A model generated the notes under the pieces. It did no database searches and was not told the DNA's origin. It worked only from the letters and a program-made list of their open reading frames with translations. A DNA stretch of 64,000 bases, taken from NCBI RefSeq assembly GCF_006345805.1, contig NC_043006.1, forward strand, positions 56,544,001-56,608,000, in the 5' to 3' direction. A program made the position numbers and the translations under genes. Shown piece by piece: positions 1-12,748 of the stretch (its first letter is position 1; every line of letters starts with the position of its first letter). The DNA comes from Octopus sinensis (lineage: Eukaryota).

Positions 1-617
1 ATAATTGTATATATGTAATATACTGCATTTTGCTGTTCGTTTCGCTTCTATCTATATCATTTCTAGGAAAATCATTTTGATATATTGCTATGTTAGGTTG
101 TCTGCTCGTGTAAACTACTCTAAGTATGTAATTTACCCCTTGAAAGCACAATGATATATTAATAGCATTGACATAAATAAGCAGTGATATAATTTGCCTG
201 GTGTGGCAGAGAAAATATGGAAGCAATCTTCAATTGCCTAATAAATAATCAAAAATGCGTTGTGAAAATAATTAATGGAGTCACGGCTTTTGAACATAAT
301 GAAAATATACTTCAAGTGTGGATGTTATGGATAGCGTCGCTGTTGCTAACTGCTGTTGTTGTTGCTGTTGAATTGTTTATCATTGTTCGAAGAATATTAG
401 ATTGGCTGACTTAATTTGCAAACTAAAAGGAATTTTTACTTAAGTCTAGTTTCTGAGATCAAATCCCACTAGGGGTAGCAATATTTTTCATAATTTCTAG
501 ATAAATAAAATAAGCAGCAATTAGTATACCGAATGGATTATATTGATTAACCGTTTAGTATTTAAACCTGCCGTAACAAGCCCCAATATTCTATGTGTTT
601 TGTGCTAAAACTGACCA

Positions 618-1036
618 GGAGTGGCTGTGTGGTAAGTAGCTTGCTAACCAGCCACATGGTTCCGGGTTCAGTCCCACTGTGTGGCATCTTGGGCAAGTGT
701 CTTCTGCTGTAGCCCCGGGCCGACCAATGCCTTGTGAGTGGATTTGGTAGACGGAAACTAAAAGAAGCCTGTCGTATATATGTATATATATATATATATA
801 GATGTGTGTGTGCATGTGTTTGTGTGTCTGTGTTTGTCCCTTTAGCATTGCTTGACAACCGATGCTGGTGTGTTTACGTTCCCCTCACTTAGCGGTTCGG
901 CAAAAGAGACCGATAGAATAAGTACTGGGCTTACAAAGAATAAGTCCCGGGGTCGAGTTGTTCGATTAAAAGGCGGTGCTCCAGCATGGCCGCAGTCAAA
1001 TGACTGAAACAAGTAAAAGAGTAAAAGAGTAAAGAG
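618..1036 (+). mobile_element. Octopus-type tRNA-derived SINE, family A (head + internal TA/TG microsatellite + tail)
   Basis: Head ggagtggctgtgtggtaagtagcttgct...ggttccgggttcagtccc and tail ...ggcggtgctccagcatggccgcagtcaaatgactgaaacaagtaaaagag; the same sequence recurs more than 10 times in the window. Confidence 0.88.
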
Positions 1037-1559
1037 AGATCCAACCTGTCACACCTCTCCTACAATGTTATTCTAAAAATTTACAATCACATCATCGAAA
1101 TCTTGAAGCTACAAAACAATGGAAAATGAACTCCAAACAATGTGAATAAGTAAGCCGTATATTTCACTACGAAACCTGAATGCTAAAGGGTTAAGCACCA
1201 CCACTTTCAAAAGCCCCTAATCGGGAATCAATGCTGGGAATCTTAATTATCAACATCTTATCCATGTTCAACGATGGAGATGATGGGAGGTCACATCGTT
1301 ATGACACTAAACTCATATTGCTTTGTAGTATTTACCTACGACCCTTTTTCTCTTTACTCGCCCCAACACGTGTTATTTTTTATTATCCCAGTCAATTCAC
1401 TGTTGACTAACTCGCTAATATAGTCCATGTAATCTGTCTGCATCGTAAACGTACGTTCATCTTCCCTTAACAGCTTCCCTATTTGTAAGTCTCATGTACA
1501 GTACATGTCGGGAACTTATGCTATGTATAGCCAACCATACATAATACTGGTCACCTTAC

Positions 1560-1879
1560 GTTATACCTTTCTACATTCCAAACTAATACCCGAAATATGT
1601 TCTGAATTGGTCGCTGTGACTTTCTAATGTTCAAGTTAGTACACAGGGAATCTAGCCTTGTAGAAGTGTCGAAAACTTGAAAAATATGATGAGAGTTCAG
1701 ATGTTTCTGCAAGTGTCCTACTCGATCACAGCGCGCATTTAATATGCCACTCCAATCACAAACACCGAAATTATATACATACAGAACAATTCCAATAGCA
1801 ACATCCCCAGCTATGATTATGAATCTTACTGCCGAAATAAGTAGCAGAGTCTGCAGGAACAATTTAAACATGGGCACTC
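1560..1879 (-). CDS. Candidate 320-nt coding exon or degenerate LINE-endonuclease-like segment (GVPMFKLFLQTLLLISAVRFIIIAGD...FRVLVWNVERYN)
   Basis: Lies within a 132-aa stop-free minus ORF; acceptor cctccttataatag| and donor AAC|gtaagg; no family recognised with certainty. Confidence 0.25.
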
Positions 1880-1964
1880 CTATTATAAGGAGGTACGAGC
1901 ATGAATCTTCAGGTAGACTTCTTTGGTATAAATGAGATCCACTCCACAATCACGCACACGGACG

Positions 1965-2021
<57 letters not shown>

Positions 2022-3209
2022 GCACGCACACATACCCCCCACACACGCACACACATACTCCCCACTCACACACAAATTCGCGTACTTCTCGGATCTCTCA
2101 CCACAACCGTACCGATACATTTATACAACTAGCATCACAATAATTTTTATTTCAGAAATCCTTCAGCCTGCCTTCTTAGAAAGCATTGGTTCTCTAAAGC
2201 AGTTATATATACAGTATCTATAACATTACTCACAGACAATATTGTAAGGAATTACACAATACTAACATACAATACATTCAAATGTCGAAGATATCAGAAT
2301 CTATATTTATTCGGTTTCAAATTCCTCTGGAAATTAAGGGACGGTAGATCATAATCTACTCTTATGTTATGGATTTTCGTCAGCAAAAACACTGTACAGA
2401 GTGCTAGAGCTAATTTTGACGAATTTTTTTATCTCCTCTTCTCAGGAACAGCTTGGTGCATTGGCGTTGGAGAGCATAAAGATTAAAGTTATAGCTGAGA
2501 AAAAGTCAATTGATATAGAAGCCTGAAAGCCATCTAAATATTGGAAAAGAGTTACCTGTATCAAGATGATTTGCACCGAGTATCAAAATGCCAACATTAT
2601 AATTGCTGCTCAAGGCACTGTGAACACTGTAAAGGCTGTAAGAAGTGAAAATGAGAGCTGCAAAGGAAACTGCGAAGCCTGGATCAGCAGGAAGGTACAT
2701 GGCAAACATTTTGACTACTTCTGCATGCCGGCTTTTACCCACCTACCCTCATCTTTGAACTGTGCCTAAATTCAATTCATCCGGCTATGTGAAGTTGTTG
2801 GAGACTATGGTTAAACCATGGTGCGAGAGGGTTGCTGCTGAAAGGCCATATGTGTAGCAGTAGAATCTGGTTCCTTATCATACCTCCAGAAAGAGTCAGA
2901 AGTGGCTGTCGGAGAATTTTTACTACTTCAGCAGGCCCAATTTCTAGCTTCTTAATTACTATTACCCCCATAAGAATCTGTATGCAATAACATATTTGTG
3001 TGTGTACAATTGTGTACGTACGCGCATATGTGTGTGAGTGTATGGGTGTATCTTTTGTTGATTTATATCAGTGAAAGATGCAAACATCGGTGAAAAATCC
3101 GAAAGACCAGTGCTTTGCGACAGAAGTCTAGTCAGAATATTATTTAGAAGTGAATCATCGACTGAAAACCGAAAAGACCGAAAAACAGCAATGCTGTTGT
3201 TTACGACTA

Positions 3210-3453
3210 TTGGGTTGGTGCATAATTATTGCGGCTTTTTTTCAAAAAAATTTATTCGACAAAAACAATAATAACATGTAACAAAAACATCTTTAAATTA
3301 TTATTCCGGAGCATATTCACCATCTACTTCCCATTTGCTTGGCAGACAGTCAGACCGTCATTTAAAGATGTTTTTGTTAAATATTGTTATTGCTTTTGTT
3401 GAATAAAATTTGTTGAAAAAAAAAAAAGCCGCAATAATTATGCACCAACCCAA
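3210..3453. mobile_element. Mariner-derived MITE
   Basis: Long TIRs ttgggttggtgcataattattgcggctttt / aaaagccgcaataattatgcaccaacccaa resembling mariner (MADE1-type) termini; TA on the left flank. Confidence 0.85.
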
Positions 3454-3577
3454 TGCTACAACAACTACTACTACTTAAGAATTCTCATGTATTTACATTT
3501 GATTCTTGTAATTGTTTCAATTACTTCATTAAATTTTGGCAACTAACTTAAAGTAAACAGGGAAATATAGTTTGGTT

Positions 3578-4040
3578 ATATGTGACCTGTGTAAGATAGT
3601 AAAACAGAATTGAAATTTGGCTTCATATCGTGTAACCAGTGTACCGGAAGTGAGAAGACATCAAACTTTGTATTGATTTTATACATAACCATTGTACGGA
3701 AGTGAAGCCCCATTGAAAATGATTAAATATAACCAGCGGGCGGAAGTGAAGAGCCAGCAATCTATGGATCCTTATATGTAACTTGTGTTAGAAAATGAAG
3801 GCACATGAAAGTATGGTTTCATTACTTCTATCCAGTCTTCAAAACTGAAAAGACAGAAATTTCATTTCGTTATATGAGCGTAGAGAACAGAAGTGACTTG
3901 AATTCTGGTTTGATTATGCATCGTTAGTGTAAGAATATGAAGGTGGTTGAAATATTACTTGATTATACTTAAGCAGTGAAGTGGACACTGGAATGTGTCT
4001 TAATTATATGTAACCAGTGTACGGAAATGAAAGAGATATA
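3578..4040 (+). repeat. Degenerate ~47-bp tandem repeat (~9-10 units) containing CGGAAGTG motifs
   Basis: Recurring aaccagtgtacggaagtgaag-like core at ~3644, 3697, 3741, 3789, 3839, 3888, 3931, 3971, 4022. Confidence 0.6.
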
Positions 4041-4967
4041 GGCCAGAGATTAATTGAGCAAGCAATGTGCAACATTCCACAGTGAAACACGAGATGGCAG
4101 AACCACTTCTACGAATGTACAAGTCTCTAAGGCTTTGTTTGCCATCTTCTTTGTGCGATAATAATGTTATTATTTCCTTATATTATTTATTCCAGGCTAA
4201 ATAAACATTTCATTTGAAATACATTTTAATGACTAATAATTTTTTTCGTCTCAAATAGAGTATTTTAGTTTTGTAGACTTATTTTAGAAAAAATCATGAA
4301 GTACCATCTCCCAGACGATAATTTCTCTAATTCTCATCCTTGTCGATAAGATTAATGAGATAAAACAGACGAGTGCCGGTATTATTTATCGAAATAATAA
4401 GTCTTGTATCTATCACGTTGAGATCAGGAGAATTGGTTTGGTTTAATATTTGTTATTTTTCTAGTTTTCAATTGCCTTTTTTTTCCTTTTCCTTGTGAAT
4501 ATAATTCTCCAATTGAAGCGAAAGTAATACAAATTGAATTTTCTATTAATATTGGAATAAAAGCTTAATATAGAATACCTGTCGTTCTTTTTGATTGTAT
4601 ATCGATTTCCATTCCCCCCTCGACCGCTTCTTTTGTTCACAAAAGTGCAGATCAAATCACAATATTTACTATCGGTCATAGGCTGTGATATTCAGCTGTC
4701 AAAATAATGGGGGGTTTTTAGTATGAAAATATTTTAAGTTTGTCTACAATCAATTATATTTTCCATTAAATGAAAGAATCGGATAAATGATTTAATTACT
4801 ATTTAGCAAATATAAATATAAATAAAATATTTTAAACATTGAACAGGTATTGATCTTAGTTTACCAAATATTTTTCGTGCCAAATATTTCTAGTCAGTCA
4901 ACAATCTATTTACACTAATATTCTGCTTATAGCAGTATTCTACTTACACTAATATTCTGGTTAATCC

Positions 4968-5183
4968 AAGGCGGCGAGCTGGCAGAATCGCTAGCACGTC
5001 AGGCAAAATGTTTAGTGGCATTTCGTTTGTCTTTACCGTCTGAGTTCAAATCCTACTGAGGTCGACTTTGTCTTTCATCTTTTCGGGGTCGATAAAATAA
5101 GTACCAGGTGAACCCTGGAGTCGATGTAATCGATTTATGCACTCCGCCGAATTTGCGGGCATTGTGCCAAAATTTGAAACCAA
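4968..5183 (+). mobile_element. tRNA-derived SINE, family B
   Basis: aaggcggcgagctggcagaatcg...gagttcaaatcc...ggggtcgataaaataagtacc...ccaaaatttgaaacc; multi-copy in window. Confidence 0.85.
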
Positions 5184-5620
5184 TATTCTAGTTACACCAA
5201 TATACAAAACATTGTTCAGATCTCACTGTACATAGCGCAAAATAGCATTTTTGCGTCTGAAAATGCCAGAACGTATTAATAATGAAAATGCAAATAATTA
5301 CACCGGTATTCTCGTTACACCAATATTCTAGCTACACCAACGTTCTGGTTACACCATTATTCTAGTTACAGAAATATTTAGAATGAGCATTTATTGGTTT
5401 TTCTAAAATATTTCCGAACAGTCATCAATATTCCAAACGCCTAAGTAAGGTCAATGCAAAGCTACTTGACACTCAAAAAATAACAACATCTCAAAAAATA
5501 TCCTACCATTATGAAGAGAAATAACATATTCGTTATCGTAATTCTTAATTCTTAATGCACAATGTTTGGAAAAGTAAGAATGGATGTTCAAGATTGCAAC
5601 TTATTTAATTGTATGTCTGC

Positions 5621-5755
5621 ACCCCCACCTGCCGGAGCATCGTGGAGCTTTAGGTGTTTTAGCTCAATAAACACTCACAACGCCCGGTCTGGGAATCGAA
5701 ACCGCGATCCTATGACCGCGAGTCCGCTACCCTAACCATTGGGCCATTGCGCCTA

Positions 5756-5757
<2 letters not shown>
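5621..5757 (-). mobile_element. tRNA-derived SINE, family C (5' part)
   Basis: Reverse complement of ggcgcaatggcccaatggttaggg...ggtttcgattcccagaccgggcgttgtgag; matches copies at 30751-31476. Confidence 0.85.
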
Positions 5758-5832
<75 letters not shown>

Positions 5833-5901
5833 AGAGAGAGAGAGAAGAGAGAGAGAGATAGATACATACATATAGATATACATATATATATATATATATA
5901 T

Positions 5902-6971
5902 ATTCAAACATTTTCTAAGCGTTGCCCACTATTCTCGTTTCCTTGGCCTCAAAGCTGCTCGTATGGCAGGCGCTTGCGTAAGGAAAATAGCCGAAATGTT
6001 TGGTGCATCAAGAAGTACTGTCTCGAAAGTAATAACATCCTTTGAGAAAGAGGGAAAAAACCTCCTCATCGGAACAAACTCCGGAAGAAAATCAAAACTT
6101 TCAGATAGGGACCGCCTGAATCTTGCGCGAATTGTTAGAAAAGATCACAAAAGAACAGTTCCCAAAATTACTGCAGAGCCTTAATGGCCACCTCGAGAAC
6201 CCAGATTCCAGAAAAACTGTTCGCCGTGAGCTGCACAAAGCAGGATTTCACGGGAAGGCTGCAATCAGAAAACTACTACTTTGAAAACAAACGTTGCAAA
6301 GCGTTTAGAGTGGAGTGAAAATCTACAGAATTGGTCCCTAGAGCAGTGGAAGAATGTTATTTTCTCGGACGAATCACCTTTTATCTTATTTCCGAACACC
6401 GGCTAAGTATGCGTGTGAAGACAGCTAAAAGAAGCATTTGACCCAGACTGCCCTCTTCCAACTGGAGGAGGATCTGTGATTATCTGGGGTGGGGGGCTGT
6501 ATTTTGGAAATCCACCAGCCCAATGGCTTCCTTTCATGGAAGAATTAATAGAGAAGATTATTTAAACATTTTATCTGATCAAATTCATCCTATGGTTGCA
6601 CAATATTTCAGGATGGTAATGCGCCAATTTACACAACTAAAGTTGTTACGGAATGGCATGCGGAACATTCTAGTGAAGTTGAACATCTTATCTGGCCACC
6701 ACAGTCCCCAGATATCAATATTATTGAACATTTACGGTGCATTTTAAAAAAACAAGTAAGGAGTCGATAAACTCCACCATCATCACTACAAGAACTGGAG
6801 ACTGTTTTAGCTGAAGAATGGACAAATATTCCTGTGGAAACAATTTAAACGTTGTACGAGTCCATACAGCGTAGAATTCAAGGTGTAATTACTAACAAAA
6901 GCGGTCCTACTCCATATTAAAATAAATTTTTTGAAATTTTAAGGTGTTTACATTATTTTGTCCAACCCCTG
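5902..6971 (+). mobile_element. Tc1-family DNA transposon, degenerate transposase, left end lost
   Basis: HTH region (IAEMFGASRSTVSKV...SGRKSKLSDRD), VIFSDES, DNAP-like and WPPQSPDINIIEH motifs across frameshifts and stops; right TIR ...ttttgtccaacccctg followed by TA. Confidence 0.92.
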
Positions 6972-6974
6972 TAT

Positions 6975-7332
<358 letters not shown>

Positions 7333-8630
7333 CATCCGAAGCCTCTATACTGTTATCCCTCACCACGAAGGACTGCAGGCCCTTCGACACTTTCTTGACC
7401 CCGCTCTAACCCTGTACCTGACACCTCCACACTCATTCGTCTGGCCGAACTTGTCCTTACTCTGAACTGCTTCTCGTTCGCGGCGAGTTCTACCATCAGG
7501 TCTCGGGAGTGGCCATGGGAACGCGAATGGGCCCCAACTATGCGAACCTGTTCGTTGGCTATGTTGAGGCCCAAATATTCTCTAATTTCACTGGTCCCAC
7601 TCCTGAACTATATGGTCGTTATATTGACGACATATCGGTGCCACCTCACTCTCCCGCGAACATCTAGATTTCCTTCCTCTCTTTCGTCCAATCTTTCCAT
7701 CCAGCCCTCCACTTCACTTCCAACACCTCTGTCTCCTTCCCGACATTTCGGTTAGCATTCTTCACTCCACTCTTACCACCTCCATTCACTACAACACACA
7801 GACTCACACTCATACCTCAACTTCTCTTCCTCCCACCCAGAACACACCAAGCTTTCCATCCTCTATTCCAATCCTCCGTCTACGTAGGCTCTGTAGTGAC
7901 GACCATGACTTTGAGACTCAGTCTCAACGTATGGCTCACCACCTTTCACCCTACGTGGATACCCCTCACCACTATCCACACCGCCCTTGCCAGAGCACGG
8001 TCTGTGGACCGTGTATCTGCTCTCTCTCCCCGAACCCGCCCTGTAGTCTCCCGCCTCCCTTTCCCCTCACTTACCACCCCACGACCCTACGTCTCCAACG
8101 CACCATTCTTCGAGCTTTCCGTCATCTCCAGTCCGACCCGTCCACTTCACACCTCTTCCCTAACCGAACCCCTCCCCTCTTTCAAACGAGCCCACAACCT
8201 TCGAGACCTTTTGGTCCATAGCTCCTTCCCTGACCCTACCTCCCAACCCGGCTCGTTCCCCTGCTCCCGCCCACGTTGCCGCACTTGCCCTTACTCTCTA
8301 ACACCACCCGCCTCACTAGCACCACCATCGACCCTATCCCATCATCCACTCCTTCACCTGCACCTCCAGCAATATATCTATTGCATCTCTTGCTCTCTCT
8401 GCAATTCCTTGTACATCGGACAAACGGACGCCGCTTGGCTGACCGTTTCGCGGAACACCTTCGTGACATCCACCTTGCGAACGACACACCGGTCTCACGC
8501 CATTCCGCTCCCCGGTCACTCCTTGCAACACCTATCTGTGTTCGGTTTGTCCTTACACAGAGGCCATCCGGATTCCCGTTTGCGCCGTGAAAGGAATTAA
8601 TCGTCTCTCTTCGCTCTTATACGCCATTTG
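7333..8630 (+). mobile_element. Penelope-like retroelement (RT + C-terminal GIY-YIG, Neptune-like), 5'-truncated and frameshifted
   Basis: [39 protein letters not shown] motifs; CSRPRCRTC linker; IYCISCSLCNSLYIGQT...RFAEHLRDI endonuclease. Confidence 0.92.
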
Positions 8631-8634
8631 GTCT

Positions 8635-9000
8635 CAACTCTCCCCTCTCCTCATCTAACCCCCCTCTCTCCCCCCTCCTCACCTATCCTTTCTCCCTCCT
8701 TCTCCCCCCGACCCCTACTTCTTCAGTCCTTCATCCTTTCACCCCTACTCCCTTCCCTTCCTCCCTCTTTCTCCCTCCCTCTTTCCCCTTCCCTCTGCTC
8801 CCTCACTCCCTCTCTCCCCCTCTCTCCCGCTTTCCCTCGTCCTCCTTCATCCCCCTCCTCACCCTTCTCTCCCCCATCCCTCTCCTCTTCCCCTTCTCCT
8901 CCCCCGCTTCTCCCGCCCTCTCCCCCCATCCCCCTCTCCCCCTCCCCCCTCTTCCCCCTCTTCTCCCCCCCTCTTCTCCCCCTCCCCCTCTTCTCCTCAT
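8635..9000 (+). repeat. C/T-only low-complexity tract in the PLE 3' region
   Basis: Almost exclusively C and T with many CCCC runs; source of the P/S/L-rich and G/E/R-rich pseudo-ORFs. Confidence 0.9.
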
Positions 9001-9499
9001 ACACCACATGACTTTACACATCACATCACATATGATGTGCCATACTAATACACACACAACCAACTAATACATACTAATACGTACTAATACTACTAGTACA
9101 TACTAATACTTACACACCCTATACATACACACGTCCAGACCCGCATATACGCACTTATACTCTCTCACACACACACACACATACCTATACATACCAATAC
9201 GTACTAATACATACTAATACATACTAATACATACACCAACCCCTACATACGCATGTCAGACCAATCTCTACGCACTAATACTCTCTCATACACACACACA
9301 CCCACACACACCCTTATACATACTAATACATACACACCAACCCTATACATACACACATCCAGACCCCTCCCCGCACTTTTAGCTGGTCCCTCAACCCTTT
9401 ATCAACCCTATTATCTCCCTTATTTCGCTCTCGCGTCTCATGTTTGATCTTGACCTCTGGCCGAAATCAGATCGCCATGTTGATTCGTTAGCTACTGCA

Positions 9500-9690
9500 C
9501 GCATTTTTTTTCTCTCCTTCTTTCTGTGTTTTTCTCTCTCTGTGTATCTTTCTGTGAAGAGCGTAGGCTCGAACGTTAAAGACTTGTTTTATTTATATTT
9601 CCTGAGCGCCATACTAATACAATGGTTCGTTTGTTTTCCACCTGCCTTCGTCTTTTGTTATTTTCATAAAGCTTCCCGTGTATATATATA
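9500..9690 (+). mobile_element. Non-coding PLE pLTR-like repeat with degenerate hammerhead (family also at 18331 and 47662)
   Basis: tctttctgtgaagagcgtaggctcgaacgttaaagac matches the reverse complement of the copies at 18414 and 47751. Confidence 0.7.
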
Positions 9691-9978
9691 CATATATATA
9701 TCACACAATTGAGGGTAAAATGTAATTAATTAATCAATTTCACCAAGTGTTCAGTAGTATGTAAAGGAACCATTTAAGGCGATTTCAAAATATTACATTA
9801 TATAATTGGGGCTTAGTAAAATAATTACTTTGCCACATACTGAACTTAGTAGAAATAGCAGCAAAAAAATTTTCTTAGCATTTCTACTTAAAGAAAATTT
9901 CTCTCAGATAAGTTTACTCTAGACAGCTCACGAAGGTTTGGGGGTAAATACAGAAAAATATCACAAGTACATAGATCG

Positions 9979-10039
9979 TTTGAGTACGTCAACGTTTCAA
10001 GATTAGCCAATAAAATCAGCATTTCTTCGTCAGCTCAAA
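9979..10039 (-). ncRNA. Type I hammerhead ribozyme, canonical core
   Basis: Minus strand: stem I UUUGAG/CUCAAA, CUGACGA, stem II including GCUGAU/AUUGGC, GAAA, stem III ACGU-ug-ACGU, GUA cleavage triplet. Confidence 0.8.
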
Positions 10040-10297
10040 ATTTCTTAATTTGGATTTGGAAACACCAAAAAGAAGGAACTTTACCGATCAGCGAACTTGT
10101 CGCTTCAGATGAACCACTCCACTCCAACTCAACATACATATTACATATATATATATATACATATATATATATACATATAATATATATATATATATATCCA
10201 TATATATATATATACATATATATATATCTATAGTATATATAATATATGTATATATAGATAGATATATATATATACATATATATATATATACATATAG

Positions 10298-10342
<45 letters not shown>

Positions 10343-10390
10343 TATATATATATATATATACATATATATACATATATATATATCTACTAG

Positions 10391-10422
<32 letters not shown>

Positions 10423-10569
10423 TATATATATATCGATATATAATATATATATATATACATATCTATAGATAATATATATATATATAGCATATATATATCT
10501 ATATATATATATATATATATCTATATATATCTATAATATATATATAATACATATATCTATATATATATA

Positions 10570-11504
10570 ATCTCAAGATTAATCAGCCGATTGCTAAGAT
10601 GATCTGGTTCTTGACAGATGACTGAGGGCTTCGAATGTCCCGTCCTGTGGTTCTTGTGTCGGTCTCTGTGTGTTTTCATGTTGTTCCTGTCCATGTCTGT
10701 AATTATTTTATACTGTTTACCTATATAATCGATCGGTCGCGGCTACGTATCCACAATTGTCCTTATAAACGATAGTTATTTTTTCTCTAAGCATTGATAC
10801 GACTCTTAATCTGTCTCTTTCTCTCTCTCCTCTCTCCCTTATTTCCCCTTCCTTTCTTCCCTCTCCATCCGTCCCCCCCCTCTACGGTCTCTATCTCTCT
10901 CCCTCCAGCCCCCTCGATCTGTCTCTTTCTTCTCCTCCCTCGTCCACCTTCTCTCTCTTTTCATCTGTCCCTTCTCCTTCCCTGTCTTTTGTTCTCACGT
11001 GACCGCTAGCCGCTGTTGAGCGCTCTTTTCGTTTCAGCAGTCGCAGAAGCAACACTATTTGTTCGTCTCCCCGCGGCCATTAGGCACAACTTCACAAGCC
11101 AGCCCATACTCAACTCGTCCTGTCGAAAGACCCTTGTCCTACGTCCTGGTTTTTGTTTTGTTGTTTATTTTTTATTTTTACCGTTATTGTTTTTACGTTT
11201 TTGTATTCTTATGGTGTCACGTATTCTTATTTTTTGTTTCGTTACTTCGTTCGTTTTCAGTCCTCGTGTTGTATACACATTCGAAGCTTTTCTTCCAGGG
11301 GATCTAATACGCTTGGCTTAGATTTCCCTTGGCGGGCTGGCCATATCGGAGCATCTCAAGATTAATCAGCCGAAATTGCTAAGATGATCTGGTTCTTGAC
11401 TGATGACTGAGGGCTTCGAATGTCCCGTCCTGTGTTCTTGTGTCGTCTCTGTGGTGTTTCATGTTCTTGTCCATGTCTGTAATTATTTTTACTGTTTACC
11501 TACA
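10570..11504. mobile_element. Non-coding element with ~150-bp terminal direct repeats, inserted in (TA)n
   Basis: atctcaagattaatcagccg...ctgtttaccta at 10570-10724 and 11353-11504. Confidence 0.75.
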
Positions 11505-11594
11505 TATTATATATATATATATATTATATATATATAACATATATATATATTATACATATATATAGTATATAACATATATATATATATTATACAT

Positions 11595-11643
<49 letters not shown>

Positions 11644-12016
11644 CTATATATATATACATATTATATATATATACATACATATCATTATACTATATATATA
11701 TATATTTATATATATATATATACATATACATATACATATATATATATATCATATATATATACATATATACATATTATATATACATATATATATACATATA
11801 TATATATATATGCATATATATATATATACATATATATATACATATATATATATATATATGCATATATATATCTACATATATTATACATATATATATATAT
11901 ATGCATATATATATATATATATGCATATATATATATATGCATATCTATATATATATATATATGCATATATATATATGCATATATATATATATATATATGC
12001 ATATATATACATATAT

Positions 12017-12564
12017 AGAAAGTTGAAGCACCTCAAAGGGCAATCACAAAAAAGATAGATGGCATGACAGGCCTCGATTATTGGGGTCGACTAGAAAAGC
12101 TAAATCTTTATTCTCTCCAACGTCGCCGTGAGCGCTACATCATCTGCATGATGTGGAAAATATTCCATCAGCATTGCCCAAATGATGTTGGCATCACCTT
12201 TAAGGTACATCCAAGGATTGGGCCCCGTGCCATCCGCCCAAAACAAAAATCGCACTCTCATCTCATAACAACAATACGGCACAATTATTTCACCTCAATT
12301 GGCCCCGCTCTCTTTAACATTACACCAAAACACATTAAAACAGAAACTGACCCTATAGGCTTCAAGAAGTCTTTGGACAGATTCCTTCAAGATCCCGGAT
12401 AACCCCCCTACACCCGGATATGTCTATGTAAACATAACTCTCTACTTGAGTGGGCCATAGTGCCCAAATTCTGCCTTGAAAGACTTCGCCAGGTGGTTCT
12501 ATTAAGTTAGACATGGCCTGGGCCAATAATGGCCGAAACCTATCAAAGTATCAAAGTATCAAAG
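12017..12564 (+). mobile_element. CR1-like LINE 3' end
   Basis: [40 protein letters not shown]...FKKSLDRFL C-terminal motifs; (TATCAAAG)3 tail. Confidence 0.85.
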
Positions 12565-12569
12565 TATAT

Positions 12570-12633
<64 letters not shown>

Positions 12634-12641
12634 ATATAGCT

Positions 12642-12748
<107 letters not shown>

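Noticed and set aside
217-414. 65-aa ORF with a hydrophobic end
   Set aside because: Hydrophobicity comes from a (GTT/GCT)n low-complexity run; no splice or domain support
2446-2526. Plus-strand terminal exon or hAT dimerisation-like peptide (EQLGALALESIK...)
   Set aside because: Strong acceptor, but only a short match and no supporting upstream exon or other hAT motifs
8628-9063. Pro/Ser-rich and Gly/Glu/Arg-rich ORFs
   Set aside because: Low-complexity C/T tract of the PLE 3' region
11310-11385. Hammerhead in the 10570 element (ggctg...cagcc-GAAA, cttag/ctaag)
   Set aside because: No CUGAnGA-like core between the stems and no valid NUH
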